Assembly (NCBI GenBank): GCA_043822385.1
Contig: JBDRBT010000013.1
Location: 1-61,559, forward strand
Direction of reading: 5' to 3'
Source: Candidatus Micrarchaeota archaeon
Lineage (GTDB): Archaea; Micrarchaeota; Micrarchaeia; Norongarragalinales; Norongarragalinaceae
DNA: 61,559 nucleotides
The translations under genes were made by a program, and so were the position numbers. How positions within the stretch are numbered: position 1 is the first letter of the stretch; each line of letters opens with the position of its first letter. A model generated the notes under the pieces. That model was not told the DNA's origin. It saw only the letters and a program-made list of their open reading frames with translations, and ran no database searches. Positions 19,186-27,887 of the stretch are shown in pieces.

Positions 19186-20466
19186 ATGTATTACATGCGA
19201 GGGCAGGGTGCTTTCGAGTACGTACTCATTTTAGGCGCGGTAATGCTAGTCTTAGCTGTTTTCTTTGTTACTTTGCAAGGCGGTTTTGGCGGCGTGTCAA
19301 GCCAACTACAGGAAAACCAACAGTTATTATTCAAGCCTCGCTTGCTTGGTCCCTTGTTTGAAGATGATTTTACTCAAGGCATAACTAAGTGGGAGGTTTT
19401 AACTGGTTCTTGGAAGGCTGAAAACGAGGCGGTAGTTGGTTCTTCACCTGGTTCAGGTGGAAACATGCTTCCTGGATTAATAGTTAAGGATTCGTCTTGG
19501 AGTGCTTCGAGTGATTATTCTTTCACTGCTAAAATGAAGATTTCTTCCGGCAATCCGTCAGCTCCGTTTTTTATTGTTCGTTTTCAGGATGCAGCTAATT
19601 TTTACGGAATAGAGTTTTATTCGGGTTTAATTATTTTCAGGCCCAAAATTAACGGCGTGGACAAGTCTTGGGTTTATTCAGTTACGCACCCTGACTCGCA
19701 GTTTCCAAGGAAAAACCAGGATTACTTGATTAGTGTTGTGGTTGCTGGAAACAATTTGAAAGTTCTTGTTGACAATGCTTTAGTTTTTGATTACGAGGTT
19801 CCAGAGCAGTACCGCGTTTCTTCGGGTGGTTTTGGTTTCACTAATCACGCTGGTTCTAACATTAAAGTTGTTTTTGATGATGTTGTTGTTGAAAAAGCTT
19901 CCCCGCCTGCACCAACTCCTATTCCCCCTGTTTTGTCTTTGCCTTTCAGTGATTCTTTTGTTTCAGATTCTAATTGGATTAAGGTTGCTGGCACTTGGTT
20001 TATTGAAAACGGGGAGTACGCTGGAACAAACCCTGTTGGCACTAACTCTTTAGGAACTTTTGTTAAGGGAAGCGATTGGACTGATTACTCGTTTTCGTTT
20101 AAAATAAAGAGCATTGAAGGCAGTACTAGAGCTATAGGCCCGGTTGTTCGCGTGAAGGACGAGAATAATTACTGGTGGCTCGAGTTTTATTCCGGAATGA
20201 TTATTTTCCGCCCTAAAATTAATGGTGTGGATGGTGCTTGGGTAAAGACTGTTGAAGTTAAGAAGAATTTCCCGCAGAAAAATAAGTATTATGATGTTAA
20301 AGTTGACGTGAAGGGCTCGTCGTTGAAGGTTTTTATTGACGGCAAGCTTGAAATGGATTACGTTGTTCCTAGCAAGTATGATTTAGTTAGTGGGGGAGTT
20401 GGTTTTACTCAACACATTGGTAGCGTTAATGAAAAGTTTGTTGTTGACGACGTTGACGTGCGTTGA
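19186..20466 (+). CDS. pilin-like protein carrying two ConA/LamG-like (DUF1080-like) beta-sandwich domains
   Basis: 426 aa. 'MYYMRGQGAFEYVLILGAVMLVLAVFFV' is a class III signal with RG|Q. Two homologous halves ('FYGIEFYSGLIIFRPKINGVDKSW' and 'WWLEFYSGMIIFRPKINGVDGAW') are joined by a 'PPAPTPIPP' linker. Confidence 0.6.
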   Translation: MYYMRGQGAFEYVLILGAVMLVLAVFFVTLQGGFGGVSSQLQENQQLLFKPRLLGPLFEDDFTQGITKWEVLTGSWKAENEAVVGSSPGSGGNMLPGLIVKDSSWSASSDYSFTAKMKISSGNPSAPFFIVRFQDAANFYGIEFYSGLIIFRPKINGVDKSWVYSVTHPDSQFPRKNQDYLISVVVAGNNLKVLVDNALVFDYEVPEQYRVSSGGFGFTNHAGSNIKVVFDDVVVEKASPPAPTPIPPVLSLPFSDSFVSDSNWIKVAGTWFIENGEYAGTNPVGTNSLGTFVKGSDWTDYSFSFKIKSIEGSTRAIGPVVRVKDENNYWWLEFYSGMIIFRPKINGVDGAWVKTVEVKKNFPQKNKYYDVKVDVKGSSLKVFIDGKLEMDYVVPSKYDLVSGGVGFTQHIGSVNEKFVVDDVDVR

Positions 20467-20467
20467 A

Positions 20468-21514
20468 TTACTTTAGTTTTAGTACGGTAGTTCGTCCTCT
20501 TCCTTTTGTCGTGGTAATTCGTTCGATTAAGCCTTTTGCTTCAAGTATTTGCAGGTAGTTTCTTCCTGCTCTTTCTCCTAAAGAAATGTTTTCGTAAACT
20601 TCTCCTGCTGTTGCTTCGCCTTTTTCTTTGAGTAAGGAAATTATTTTTTGTTCTGTTTCCTTCAAGTTAACTAGTTTTTTTTCTTTAGACGGATTCTCGT
20701 TTTTTTCTATTGCTTTTCTTACGTCTTCGTCCTCGACTTTTTTTGATTGCCTAGCGTCAGCGTTTCGTCCTGCTTGAAGCAGCAAGCTTATTGCGAGCCT
20801 GGCGTCGCCGTTGTTTTTAGCTGCGTTAGCTGCGCTTAATGCTATTGCTTCCTCACTGCAAGCGTTTTTCTTGAATGCTAAAGCGCTTCTTTCGCGCAAA
20901 ATGTTTTTCAACTGCGCTGGCGAGTACTTGTTGAAGCTTGTTGATTCAGGGTTTAATGAACTGCGTATTCGGTTGTCCAAGCTAGTTAAGAACTCAGAGT
21001 AATTAGTGGCTAGGATTATTGCTTTGATTTCTTGGCTGCGGGCTAGTTCGTATAAAACGTTTTCTTCTTTTTTGAATGACAAGCGGTCTACTTCATCCAA
21101 GAAAATTACTGTGTTTTCTTTGCTTTTGGTTATTATTTCAATCAAGCGATTAAATATTTCATCGTTAGCCAAGCCGCGCCTCGGCATTCCCGCGCCTACT
21201 TGCTGTGCTAACTCGGATAATACTGCTGCTTTAGTGTAATTGTTCCAGCAATTGACTTTCAAACACTTTATTTTACTCGAGTGTTCGCTTAATTCCTTAA
21301 GCAAGTAATTTATGCTGCTTGTTTTACCTGTTCCAGGCGGGCCGTGCAGGAATAAAGTCCGGGTTTTTTTTGCTTGCAGCACGGGGGAAAGAATTAACGC
21401 CATTTCTTTGAGTTCGTTTTCTCTTCCTGGTAATTCTTTAGGTTCAAAGTCAGAGTTTAGCGCTAACTCGTTTTTGAAAACGCTTTCTCCGTTAGTTTCT
21501 TCAAACAAGTTCAT
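20468..21514 (-). CDS. cdc6: Orc1/Cdc6 replication initiator
   Basis: 348 aa. '[13 protein letters not shown]', 'VIFLDEVDRL' and a C-terminal winged-helix region 'GEVYENISLGERAGRNYLQILEAKGLIE'. Confidence 0.85.
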   Translation of the reverse strand: MNLFEETNGESVFKNELALNSDFEPKELPGRENELKEMALILSPVLQAKKTRTLFLHGPPGTGKTSSINYLLKELSEHSSKIKCLKVNCWNNYTKAAVLSELAQQVGAGMPRRGLANDEIFNRLIEIITKSKENTVIFLDEVDRLSFKKEENVLYELARSQEIKAIILATNYSEFLTSLDNRIRSSLNPESTSFNKYSPAQLKNILRERSALAFKKNACSEEAIALSAANAAKNNGDARLAISLLLQAGRNADARQSKKVEDEDVRKAIEKNENPSKEKKLVNLKETEQKIISLLKEKGEATAGEVYENISLGERAGRNYLQILEAKGLIERITTTKGRGRTTVLKLK

Positions 21515-21556
21515 TACTAGAATTAAGCTTTAGTAATTAGTTAAGATTATTGTTTG

Positions 21557-22450
21557 TCACATGCTTCTTAGCATTTTAATTCTTTCATCTATCGGCGGGT
21601 GCGTGGAAAATAAGCCGTCCAAGTGGCTTTTAACTGGGTCGTCAAAAAACAAGTGGCTTACTGCCTCGCTTACTTTAAGATTGCCTTTGTTAGTGCCTTT
21701 TATTTTTTCTAGAGCACGTGCTAGTCCTTCAGGGTAGCGAGTTATTCTAGCTCCGCTTGCGTCAGCAAGGAATTCTCTCTTGCGTGAAATAGATGCTTGA
21801 ACTATTCGCACGATTATTGGAGAAATTATTGCTAGTATTATTCCAACTATTATTAGTATTGCTAAGCCGTTTCCTTTCTTGTTGTTGCTTCCTGAAAAAA
21901 AGTTTACTCTCAAGAAAATACTGCTTAAAATCGCTACTAACCCAACCATTACTGCTACTATTGTTCCGTAACGCACGTCGTAATTAGCAACGTGAGATAA
22001 TTCGTGTGCTACTACTCCTTCTATTTCATCCCGGTTTAGTTTGTTTAGCAAGCCGGTAGTTATTGCCACGCTTGAGTGTTCGGGGTCGCGGCCTGTAGCG
22101 AAAGCGTTTAAGTCCTCGTTTTCTATAACGTACGCTTTTGGTTCAGGTATTCTTGTTGCGAAAGATAGTGTTTCAACAATGTTTTTGAACTGGAGTTCCT
22201 TCACGTTTTTTTCGTTCACTGGACGCGCGTTAGTTGCTTTCAAAACTATTTTATCGCCGTAATAATAACCAACCAGCGAGTAAACAATAATGAAGACGCC
22301 TCCAATGAATAGTATTCCAATGCCGTAAATCATTGAGAAAACGTACACTATAGCTGAGAGTATTACTAGTACTATTGCAAGGAGGAGCCAGGATTTTCTC
22401 TTGTTGCTGGCTATTTCCTTATAGAAGTCAGTGCGTTCGTCCTGCTTCAT
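21557..22450 (-). CDS. htpX: HtpX-like M48 zinc metalloprotease
   Basis: 297 aa with 4 TM helices. 'VVAHELSHVANYD' (HExxH) and 'REFLADASGA'. Confidence 0.85.
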   Translation of the reverse strand: MKQDERTDFYKEIASNKRKSWLLLAIVLVILSAIVYVFSMIYGIGILFIGGVFIIVYSLVGYYYGDKIVLKATNARPVNEKNVKELQFKNIVETLSFATRIPEPKAYVIENEDLNAFATGRDPEHSSVAITTGLLNKLNRDEIEGVVAHELSHVANYDVRYGTIVAVMVGLVAILSSIFLRVNFFSGSNNKKGNGLAILIIVGIILAIISPIIVRIVQASISRKREFLADASGARITRYPEGLARALEKIKGTNKGNLKVSEAVSHLFFDDPVKSHLDGLFSTHPPIDERIKMLRSM

Positions 22451-22463
22451 TTCTGCAAACCAC

Positions 22464-23036
22464 TTATTCTTCCAAGAGTTTGGCTGCGTCTACTGCTTTC
22501 CTGGCTTTTTCTTCTGCTTCGTAGTACGGCCACTTGTTTCTATTGAATCCTAGTATTCCCGCGAAAATGTTTCCAGGGAATAAAGTCGTTGAATTAACGT
22601 AGTCTTTCACGGTGTAAGAGTATCTTTGTCTAGCGTACTTTATTTTGTCTTCAACGCTGGATAATTGCTCCATTACTGTTTGCATGTTTTCGTTAGAACG
22701 CATTTGAGGGTATGCTTCTGCTCTAGCAAAAAAGTTTAACAGCATTCCGCCAACTTTTTCATTAGCCTTGATTTTGTCTGGAATGGTTTTAGCTTGATTA
22801 GCTTGTTCTCTAGCGTTAGCTAAGCCAGTGAACAAGTCTGTTTCTTGCTTCATTATTCGCTTAGCCATTGCAATCAAGTTAGGAATCGTATCCAACCTTT
22901 GTTGCAACAGTGGATCGATTAATTTCCAGTCTGCTTCAGATTGATTGCTTAATTGCGTTAACTTGTTGTAGTAATAAACGAACAAACCAATCACTAGAAC
23001 TGCGATAATACCTATTCCCCATAAAAGTAAATCCAT
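22464..23036 (-). CDS. lemA: LemA family protein
   Basis: 190 aa. N-terminal TM helix, then 'LLQQRLDTIPNLIAMAKRIMKQE' and 'AYPQMRSNENMQTVMEQLSSVEDKI', typical of LemA. Confidence 0.8.
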   Translation of the reverse strand: MDLLLWGIGIIAVLVIGLFVYYYNKLTQLSNQSEADWKLIDPLLQQRLDTIPNLIAMAKRIMKQETDLFTGLANAREQANQAKTIPDKIKANEKVGGMLLNFFARAEAYPQMRSNENMQTVMEQLSSVEDKIKYARQRYSYTVKDYVNSTTLFPGNIFAGILGFNRNKWPYYEAEEKARKAVDAAKLLEE

Positions 23037-23098
23037 TTTTTCACCCTTTTTAGTTTTACTTGCCTTATTTTAATATTGTTTTTTCTTTATTTAAAGTA

Positions 23099-23935
23099 AT
23101 GATTAAAGCTTGGTGGAAGCTCTTTAGGGCTGAACACGCATTAATGGTTTTTGCGGCAATAGTGCTAACTCAAGTTTTAGTAGCTAAGACTCTAGCGATT
23201 GATTTTGTTTTAGCTGCTTTAGGTCCTGCTTTCGTTACTCTAGCTGCTTTTTCTTTCAATGATTATGCTGGCTTCAAGAGTGATTCAGCGCTAAAAAGAA
23301 TTGAACGGCCTATAGTAGCTGGCTTGATTAAGCGAAGCACTGCTTTGTATGCTTCATTGTTTTTGTTTACTGCGGGTTGTGCATTAGCGTTTCTTTTCGC
23401 GCCTTTCTACGGCTTTTTAATTACTCTAGCTTTTGCTTTCCTTTCAATTGCTTACGACGTTTTCTTGAAGAAAATGCCTTTAGTTGGTAATTTATATATC
23501 GCTACTGCAATGTCTGCTAGTTACTATTACGGTAACATAGTTGTTTCTCCTGAATTGAATTACTTTGTTTTAGTATTCATTGGAATGTCTTTCTTTTCTG
23601 GTGTTGGTAGGGAATTAATTATTACTTTACGCGATGTAGAGGGAGACAAGAAGGCTGGCGCGGTTACGTTACCAATGGTTATTGGAGCTAGAAAAACCGT
23701 GTTTTTAGCTGCAGTATTCATTTACTTGGCGGTTGTTGCTAGTGTTTTGCCTTTACTTAAATCTTTTTACTTGCCTTACTTATTGCTGGTGGGCGCGTCG
23801 GATGCTTTGTGGCTTGGTTCAACTACGTTGTTATTCTTGAAGACTACTGACCGCGTTTTAAAGAAAGTTAGGGATTACTCGTTGTGTGCTTTAATTCTTG
23901 GTTTAGTGGCGTACGCTTCCTTGGTGTTTGCTTGA
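23099..23935 (+). CDS. UbiA-family prenyltransferase (DGGGP synthase-like)
   Basis: Polytopic. 'FSFNDYAGFKSDSALKRIERPI' is the first Asp-rich motif and 'GVGRELIITLRDVEGDKKAG' the second. The ATG at 23099 is preferred over the TTG at 23060 in the track. Confidence 0.7.
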   Translation: MIKAWWKLFRAEHALMVFAAIVLTQVLVAKTLAIDFVLAALGPAFVTLAAFSFNDYAGFKSDSALKRIERPIVAGLIKRSTALYASLFLFTAGCALAFLFAPFYGFLITLAFAFLSIAYDVFLKKMPLVGNLYIATAMSASYYYGNIVVSPELNYFVLVFIGMSFFSGVGRELIITLRDVEGDKKAGAVTLPMVIGARKTVFLAAVFIYLAVVASVLPLLKSFYLPYLLLVGASDALWLGSTTLLFLKTTDRVLKKVRDYSLCALILGLVAYASLVFA

Positions 23936-24549
23936 AGAAAGTAACTCAACGCGTTTTCAAGCTGGAATTAGGGGGTTATTCTTGCAATTCTTTTTTTATT
24001 CCTAGTTTGAATGCGATTGTGGACCCAGGTTTTAGTTCAAAAAGCGTTTTAGAGAAGGAATTAAATCAAGCAAGCTCCAGTATTGACGCTGTTGAGCGAG
24101 TGTTTTTGACTCACGCTCATTACGACCATGCTTTCAATTTGAAGTATTTCCCTGAAGCAAGCGTTTTTTTGCACGAGATTGCTTTACGCAAGCTTGAACG
24201 CAATGATGAATCCGCTTTTTTTTCTGAAACAAGCGAGAAACCGTTTATTCCTGAAAAAACGTTTGTTTTTGCGAGTAGTAAAGAATTTAACGGAGTGCGC
24301 GCGTTTTATACTCCCGGGCACTGCGAGGACGCTTCTTGCTTTTTGTTTGAAGACTGTTTTTTTGCTGGAGACACTATTTTTGTTGATTCTTTGCCGCGAA
24401 TTTTCATGCCCGGAGGTAAAAACTTTTTACTGCAGAGTTACGCTTCCTTGCTTAAAGTGAACGCGCGCGTGGTTTGCTGCGGTCATAACGAAGAGGGGGA
24501 GTTCAAGAAGGAATTAGAGCGAAGTATTAGTGAATTGCGCTTGGTTTAA
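23932..24549 (+). CDS. MBL-fold metallo-hydrolase
   Basis: 'VFLTHAHYDH' (HxHxDH), 'TPGHCEDA' and 'CCGHNE'. There is no ATG upstream of the motif. The TTG at 23932 overlaps the upstream stop and is chosen as start; the track ORF starts at a GTG at 23884. Confidence 0.6.
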   Translation: MKKVTQRVFKLELGGYSCNSFFIPSLNAIVDPGFSSKSVLEKELNQASSSIDAVERVFLTHAHYDHAFNLKYFPEASVFLHEIALRKLERNDESAFFSETSEKPFIPEKTFVFASSKEFNGVRAFYTPGHCEDASCFLFEDCFFAGDTIFVDSLPRIFMPGGKNFLLQSYASLLKVNARVVCCGHNEEGEFKKELERSISELRLV

Positions 24550-24591
24550 AAAAGCTTTTTCCGTAATCTTATTTCTTTAAAGGGTGGTTTA

Positions 24592-25674
24592 ATGTTTTTC
24601 TTGTTTAATTTAGATTTAACGTCGATTCAAGACTTAATTCTACAGAATAATTTGCTTGCTGCTTTAGTGGTGTTAGTTGGCGGGTGGTTTTTAGCTGCTT
24701 TCTTGCCTAAACTCCTTTACACTCTAGACCAGAAGACTGACAAGATTGACTTGTCTGAAACTACTCACGCTGTATTGCGAAAATTGCTGTCTTTCTTTAT
24801 TTGGTTGATTACGATTGTTTTGCTGATTTTCATTAGTGGCATAAACCAGTTTTTTGCGAGCGTGGTTTCCAGTGGGAATATTGAAGCGAAACTACTGCAG
24901 TTGTTGATTATTTGGGTTGTTGCTTACGTTTTCGTTAAACACGTGTCTAGTTCATTCAAGAAGTTTGACGATTACGTGAAGCAAATTGATTTTTCAGAGC
25001 ACGCTCACCAATTGCTTAAGAAAGCGATTAATTACGGGGTTTACACTATAGCTATAATTATTTCCTTGCAGATACTCGAGTGGACTTCTGTTTTCACTGC
25101 GTTGCTTGCTAGTGCTGGAGTAGCAGGTATAGTAATTGGTTTTGCTGCTAAAGACGTGTTTTCTAACTTGTTGTCTGGAATCTTTCTTGTTTTCGACAGG
25201 CCGTTCAAGATTAATGACGTGATTGAAGTCAAGGGCGCTGGTTTAATGGGTACTGTGAAAGAAATTTCTTTGCGTATAACCGAAATAACTACTTTCGATA
25301 ACTTGAAAGTAACTATTCCGAATAGTTTGCTTTCTACTAACGCGATAATTAATTATTCTCGTTACGGTGATAGGCGCATAGATTTTACTATTGGAGTAGA
25401 ACACGGTGCGGATGTAGAGAAAGTAGGTGGTTTTATTACTGCTGCACTTAGCCGTGATGAAGCTTTGGTTCCGAATAAACCTCCTTACTTTAACGTTGCT
25501 TTTTCTGATACTGGAATTAATTTCACTATTTTTGCTTGGATTAATACTAAAGCTAAGGGCGGCTTTATAGAAATAAAAAATAGGTTAATGGAGACAACGT
25601 ATAACGTTCTTAAAAAGAATAAAATAAGAACTCCACTCCAAAGAGTGGAGTACGTAAAAAAAGGGAAGAATTAA
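24592..25674 (+). CDS. mscS: MscS-family mechanosensitive channel
   Basis: 360 aa with multiple N-terminal TM helices. 'GIVIGFAAKDVFSNLLSGIFLVFDRPFKINDVIEV' is the MscS pore/beta-domain signature. Confidence 0.8.
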   Translation: MFFLFNLDLTSIQDLILQNNLLAALVVLVGGWFLAAFLPKLLYTLDQKTDKIDLSETTHAVLRKLLSFFIWLITIVLLIFISGINQFFASVVSSGNIEAKLLQLLIIWVVAYVFVKHVSSSFKKFDDYVKQIDFSEHAHQLLKKAINYGVYTIAIIISLQILEWTSVFTALLASAGVAGIVIGFAAKDVFSNLLSGIFLVFDRPFKINDVIEVKGAGLMGTVKEISLRITEITTFDNLKVTIPNSLLSTNAIINYSRYGDRRIDFTIGVEHGADVEKVGGFITAALSRDEALVPNKPPYFNVAFSDTGINFTIFAWINTKAKGGFIEIKNRLMETTYNVLKKNKIRTPLQRVEYVKKGKN

Positions 25675-25955
25675 AGTATTTCTAGTTTCCCGAATTTTCC
25701 TAGGGTTAATTGTGGTTGGTCTCTCCACGTGTTTACGTAGCCGTTAGTAATTTTGAGTTTAGCTCCCTCGCTTACTTTCTCAATGTTTTCATTCCACAAT
25801 ACAAGCGTGATTGTTCCTGAATCGTCACTAATAGTAACATTAGCTACCGTAATGGTTCTACCCATTTTGTTTATTTCTCTTGGTTCCTCTACACTAACTA
25901 CGTCGGCTTCCAAGTCAACGTTTCCAGTGTTTGGAGTGAGGTCTTTTATTTTCAT
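25671..25955 (-). CDS. single OB-fold nucleic-acid-binding protein (RPA/SSB-like)
   Basis: 94 aa. 'VANVTISDDSGTITLVLWNENIEKV...LKITNGYVNTWRDQPQLTLGKFGKLE' is typical of archaeal single-OB proteins. Confidence 0.6.
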   Translation of the reverse strand: MKIKDLTPNTGNVDLEADVVSVEEPREINKMGRTITVANVTISDDSGTITLVLWNENIEKVSEGAKLKITNGYVNTWRDQPQLTLGKFGKLEIL

Positions 25956-26035
25956 TTTTTCTTATCACCCACTTTGATTATTAGGAATAATTTAAAGAAC
26001 GCGAAGTAAATTAAAGCTTTCTACTAAATCTATTA

Positions 26036-27016
26036 GTGAACTTTGCTTTACGGCTTAAGAAGCTTCAAGAACGATTAAAGAACCCTGTTTTACTAGGCTC
26101 TATTGACGATTTTTCGTCAAACTTGTTTTATTACACGGGAATTGAGGATTCTGCCCTTGTTTTAATTACTCGCGAAAAAGCTTTCTCGTTTTCTTCAACT
26201 CAAGTTGATTTTTGCGAGAATTATTCTTTACGTGATTTTAAAAAGAATTTTTTTGCTTTACTAAAGAAAAACCGCGTTGAAAGACTAGGGGTTGACGAGC
26301 GAAGTAATGCAGCGCGTTTAGTGTTCAAGTTGCTTGAAAAAAAAGTCAAGTTAATGCCTGCTTACGCTAACTTGTACGAACAAAGGGAAGTGAAGGACTC
26401 AAGCGAGTTAGCTTTAATGAAGAAAGCGCAGAAAATTACTCGCGGCTTGGTTTCTTCTTGTTTTGAAAAGAGTTTAGGGAAAACGGAGAATTTTTTTGCT
26501 GGTGTTTTAGAACAAAAAGCTCGTTTCACTGGCTTTTCGCTTAATTCTTTCCCGCCAATAATAGCGGTTGACGCTAATGCCGCTATTCCGCACCACAAGC
26601 CGTCTAAAACAATGATTAAGAAAGATTCACTGCTTTTAGTGGATTGCGGAGTTAAAGTAAACAATTACTGTGCGGATTACTCTACTACTTTTTATTCTGG
26701 AAAAGAATTCAAGGACGCTGTTTCAGCTGTAAAAGAGTCAATGAAGAGTACTCTCCGCAAGGCTCGCCCTGGAGTAAAAGGTAGTGCTTTAACGAAGCAC
26801 GCATTAAGCGTTTTAAGCGAGTACGGTTTTCAAAAGAATACATTCAAGGACGCTGGCTTGAGTTTAGGGCATCAAGTAGGCTTGGACGTGCATGAAGGCG
26901 TGGCTCGTTTTGATAAACTCGTGTTGCGCAAGGGAATGACTATTACTATAGAGCCGGGTTTATACGTGCCTGGCAAGTACGGTGCGCGTTTTGAAGAAAT
27001 TTGTTTCGTGAATTAA
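26036..27016 (+). CDS. M24-family Xaa-Pro peptidase
   Basis: 326 aa, GTG start. 'VDCGVKVNNYCADYSTTF', 'GHQVGLDVHEG' and 'TIEPGLYVPGKYGARFEE' are the pita-bread fold metal ligands. Confidence 0.8.
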   Translation: MNFALRLKKLQERLKNPVLLGSIDDFSSNLFYYTGIEDSALVLITREKAFSFSSTQVDFCENYSLRDFKKNFFALLKKNRVERLGVDERSNAARLVFKLLEKKVKLMPAYANLYEQREVKDSSELALMKKAQKITRGLVSSCFEKSLGKTENFFAGVLEQKARFTGFSLNSFPPIIAVDANAAIPHHKPSKTMIKKDSLLLVDCGVKVNNYCADYSTTFYSGKEFKDAVSAVKESMKSTLRKARPGVKGSALTKHALSVLSEYGFQKNTFKDAGLSLGHQVGLDVHEGVARFDKLVLRKGMTITIEPGLYVPGKYGARFEEICFVN

Positions 27017-27598
27017 ATGGGTTGGGTAATCAAGCGCGAGCGTCCTGAAGAAAAGTATTCATTAAAAGAGTTTTACTCTTCTCTAGAATCTAGTTCTCAC
27101 TTCAAGTCAATAAAACGAATTCAAGAACGACTTACGTTGCGAGCTTTAGACTTGTTGATGTTGCCTTTGCCTGCTAGAGTGTTGGATGCTGGTTGCGGTA
27201 ACGGTTTTTCAGCGCGAGTAATGCAAAAAATTGGTTACGATGTTGTTGGAGTGGATGCTAGTCCTGAAATGCTTTCCCGCAACAAAGACTTGAATCTCGT
27301 GTTAGGGGATTTCACTAAGAGAATGCCGTTCAAAGCAAGCGAGTTTAACGGGATTGTTTCTATTTCTGCTTTCCAGTGGGTTTCAGCTAACTCTGAGAAA
27401 ACGTTGAGTGCTGCTAAAGAGTTTCGCCGCTTGCTAAAAAAGAATGGGAAGGGCGTTATTCAGTTTTACCCTAAGAGCGAGGATGAATTCATCGCTACTG
27501 GACGCGTGTTTAAGCGCGTTGGCTTTAAAGTTCGTTTGGTGACTGATTCTCCTGCGAGCCCTAAGAAGAGGAGAGTTTACTTGTTGTTCGAAAAATAA
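27017..27598 (+). CDS. Bud23/WBSCR22-like SAM-dependent methyltransferase (putative SSU rRNA m7G methyltransferase)
   Basis: 193 aa. 'RIQERLTLRALDLLMLPLPARVLDAGCGNGFS', 'VSISAFQWV', 'VIQFYPKSEDE' and the C-terminal 'DSPASPKKRRVYLLF' align motif-by-motif with my recollection of eukaryotic Bud23/WBSCR22. Confidence 0.65.
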   Translation: MGWVIKRERPEEKYSLKEFYSSLESSSHFKSIKRIQERLTLRALDLLMLPLPARVLDAGCGNGFSARVMQKIGYDVVGVDASPEMLSRNKDLNLVLGDFTKRMPFKASEFNGIVSISAFQWVSANSEKTLSAAKEFRRLLKKNGKGVIQFYPKSEDEFIATGRVFKRVGFKVRLVTDSPASPKKRRVYLLFEK

Positions 27599-27630
27599 GT
27601 GTTTTATTTTCGTTTGCGTTTATTGTTTTC

Positions 27631-27879
27631 GTGTTAGAAACTATTGATTGGGATTTTGTTTCTCAAATCGGCATTGGCTTGTTGAGTACTGTAGCTATTA
27701 TTCTAGTTGCTAAAAAAAACAAGTGGGGTTTCGTGGTTGGTTTGGCGTCGCAACCGTTTTGGTTTATTACTACTTTCTTGAATCAACAATGGGGTGTTTT
27801 CTTTGTCGCCATCGTGTCTACTTTCTCTTGGGCTTACGGCGTTTACGAGTGGTTCTACAAAGACAAAAAGAAGCGATAA
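27631..27879 (+). CDS. small 3-TM membrane protein (hypothetical)
   Basis: 82 aa, GTG start. Trp-rich helices 'WGFVVGLASQPFWFITTF' and 'WGVFFVAIVSTFSWAYGVYEWF'. Its size and topology resemble half-transporters, but no family is assigned. Confidence 0.4.
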   Translation: MLETIDWDFVSQIGIGLLSTVAIILVAKKNKWGFVVGLASQPFWFITTFLNQQWGVFFVAIVSTFSWAYGVYEWFYKDKKKR

Positions 27880-27887
27880 CTTGTTTT

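Noticed and set aside
20467-21556. Replication origin (ORB repeats or an AT-rich unwinding element) flanking orc1/cdc6.
   Set aside because: Only 1-nt and 42-nt gaps flank the gene and no repeated elements were visible. This is kept as a finding about absence, not as an origin call.
23884-23931. Upstream GTG start of the MBL-fold hydrolase, overlapping the UbiA gene by 52 nt.
   Set aside because: The TTG at 23932 gives a 4-nt stop/start overlap and an N-terminus of normal length for the fold. The choice remains uncertain.
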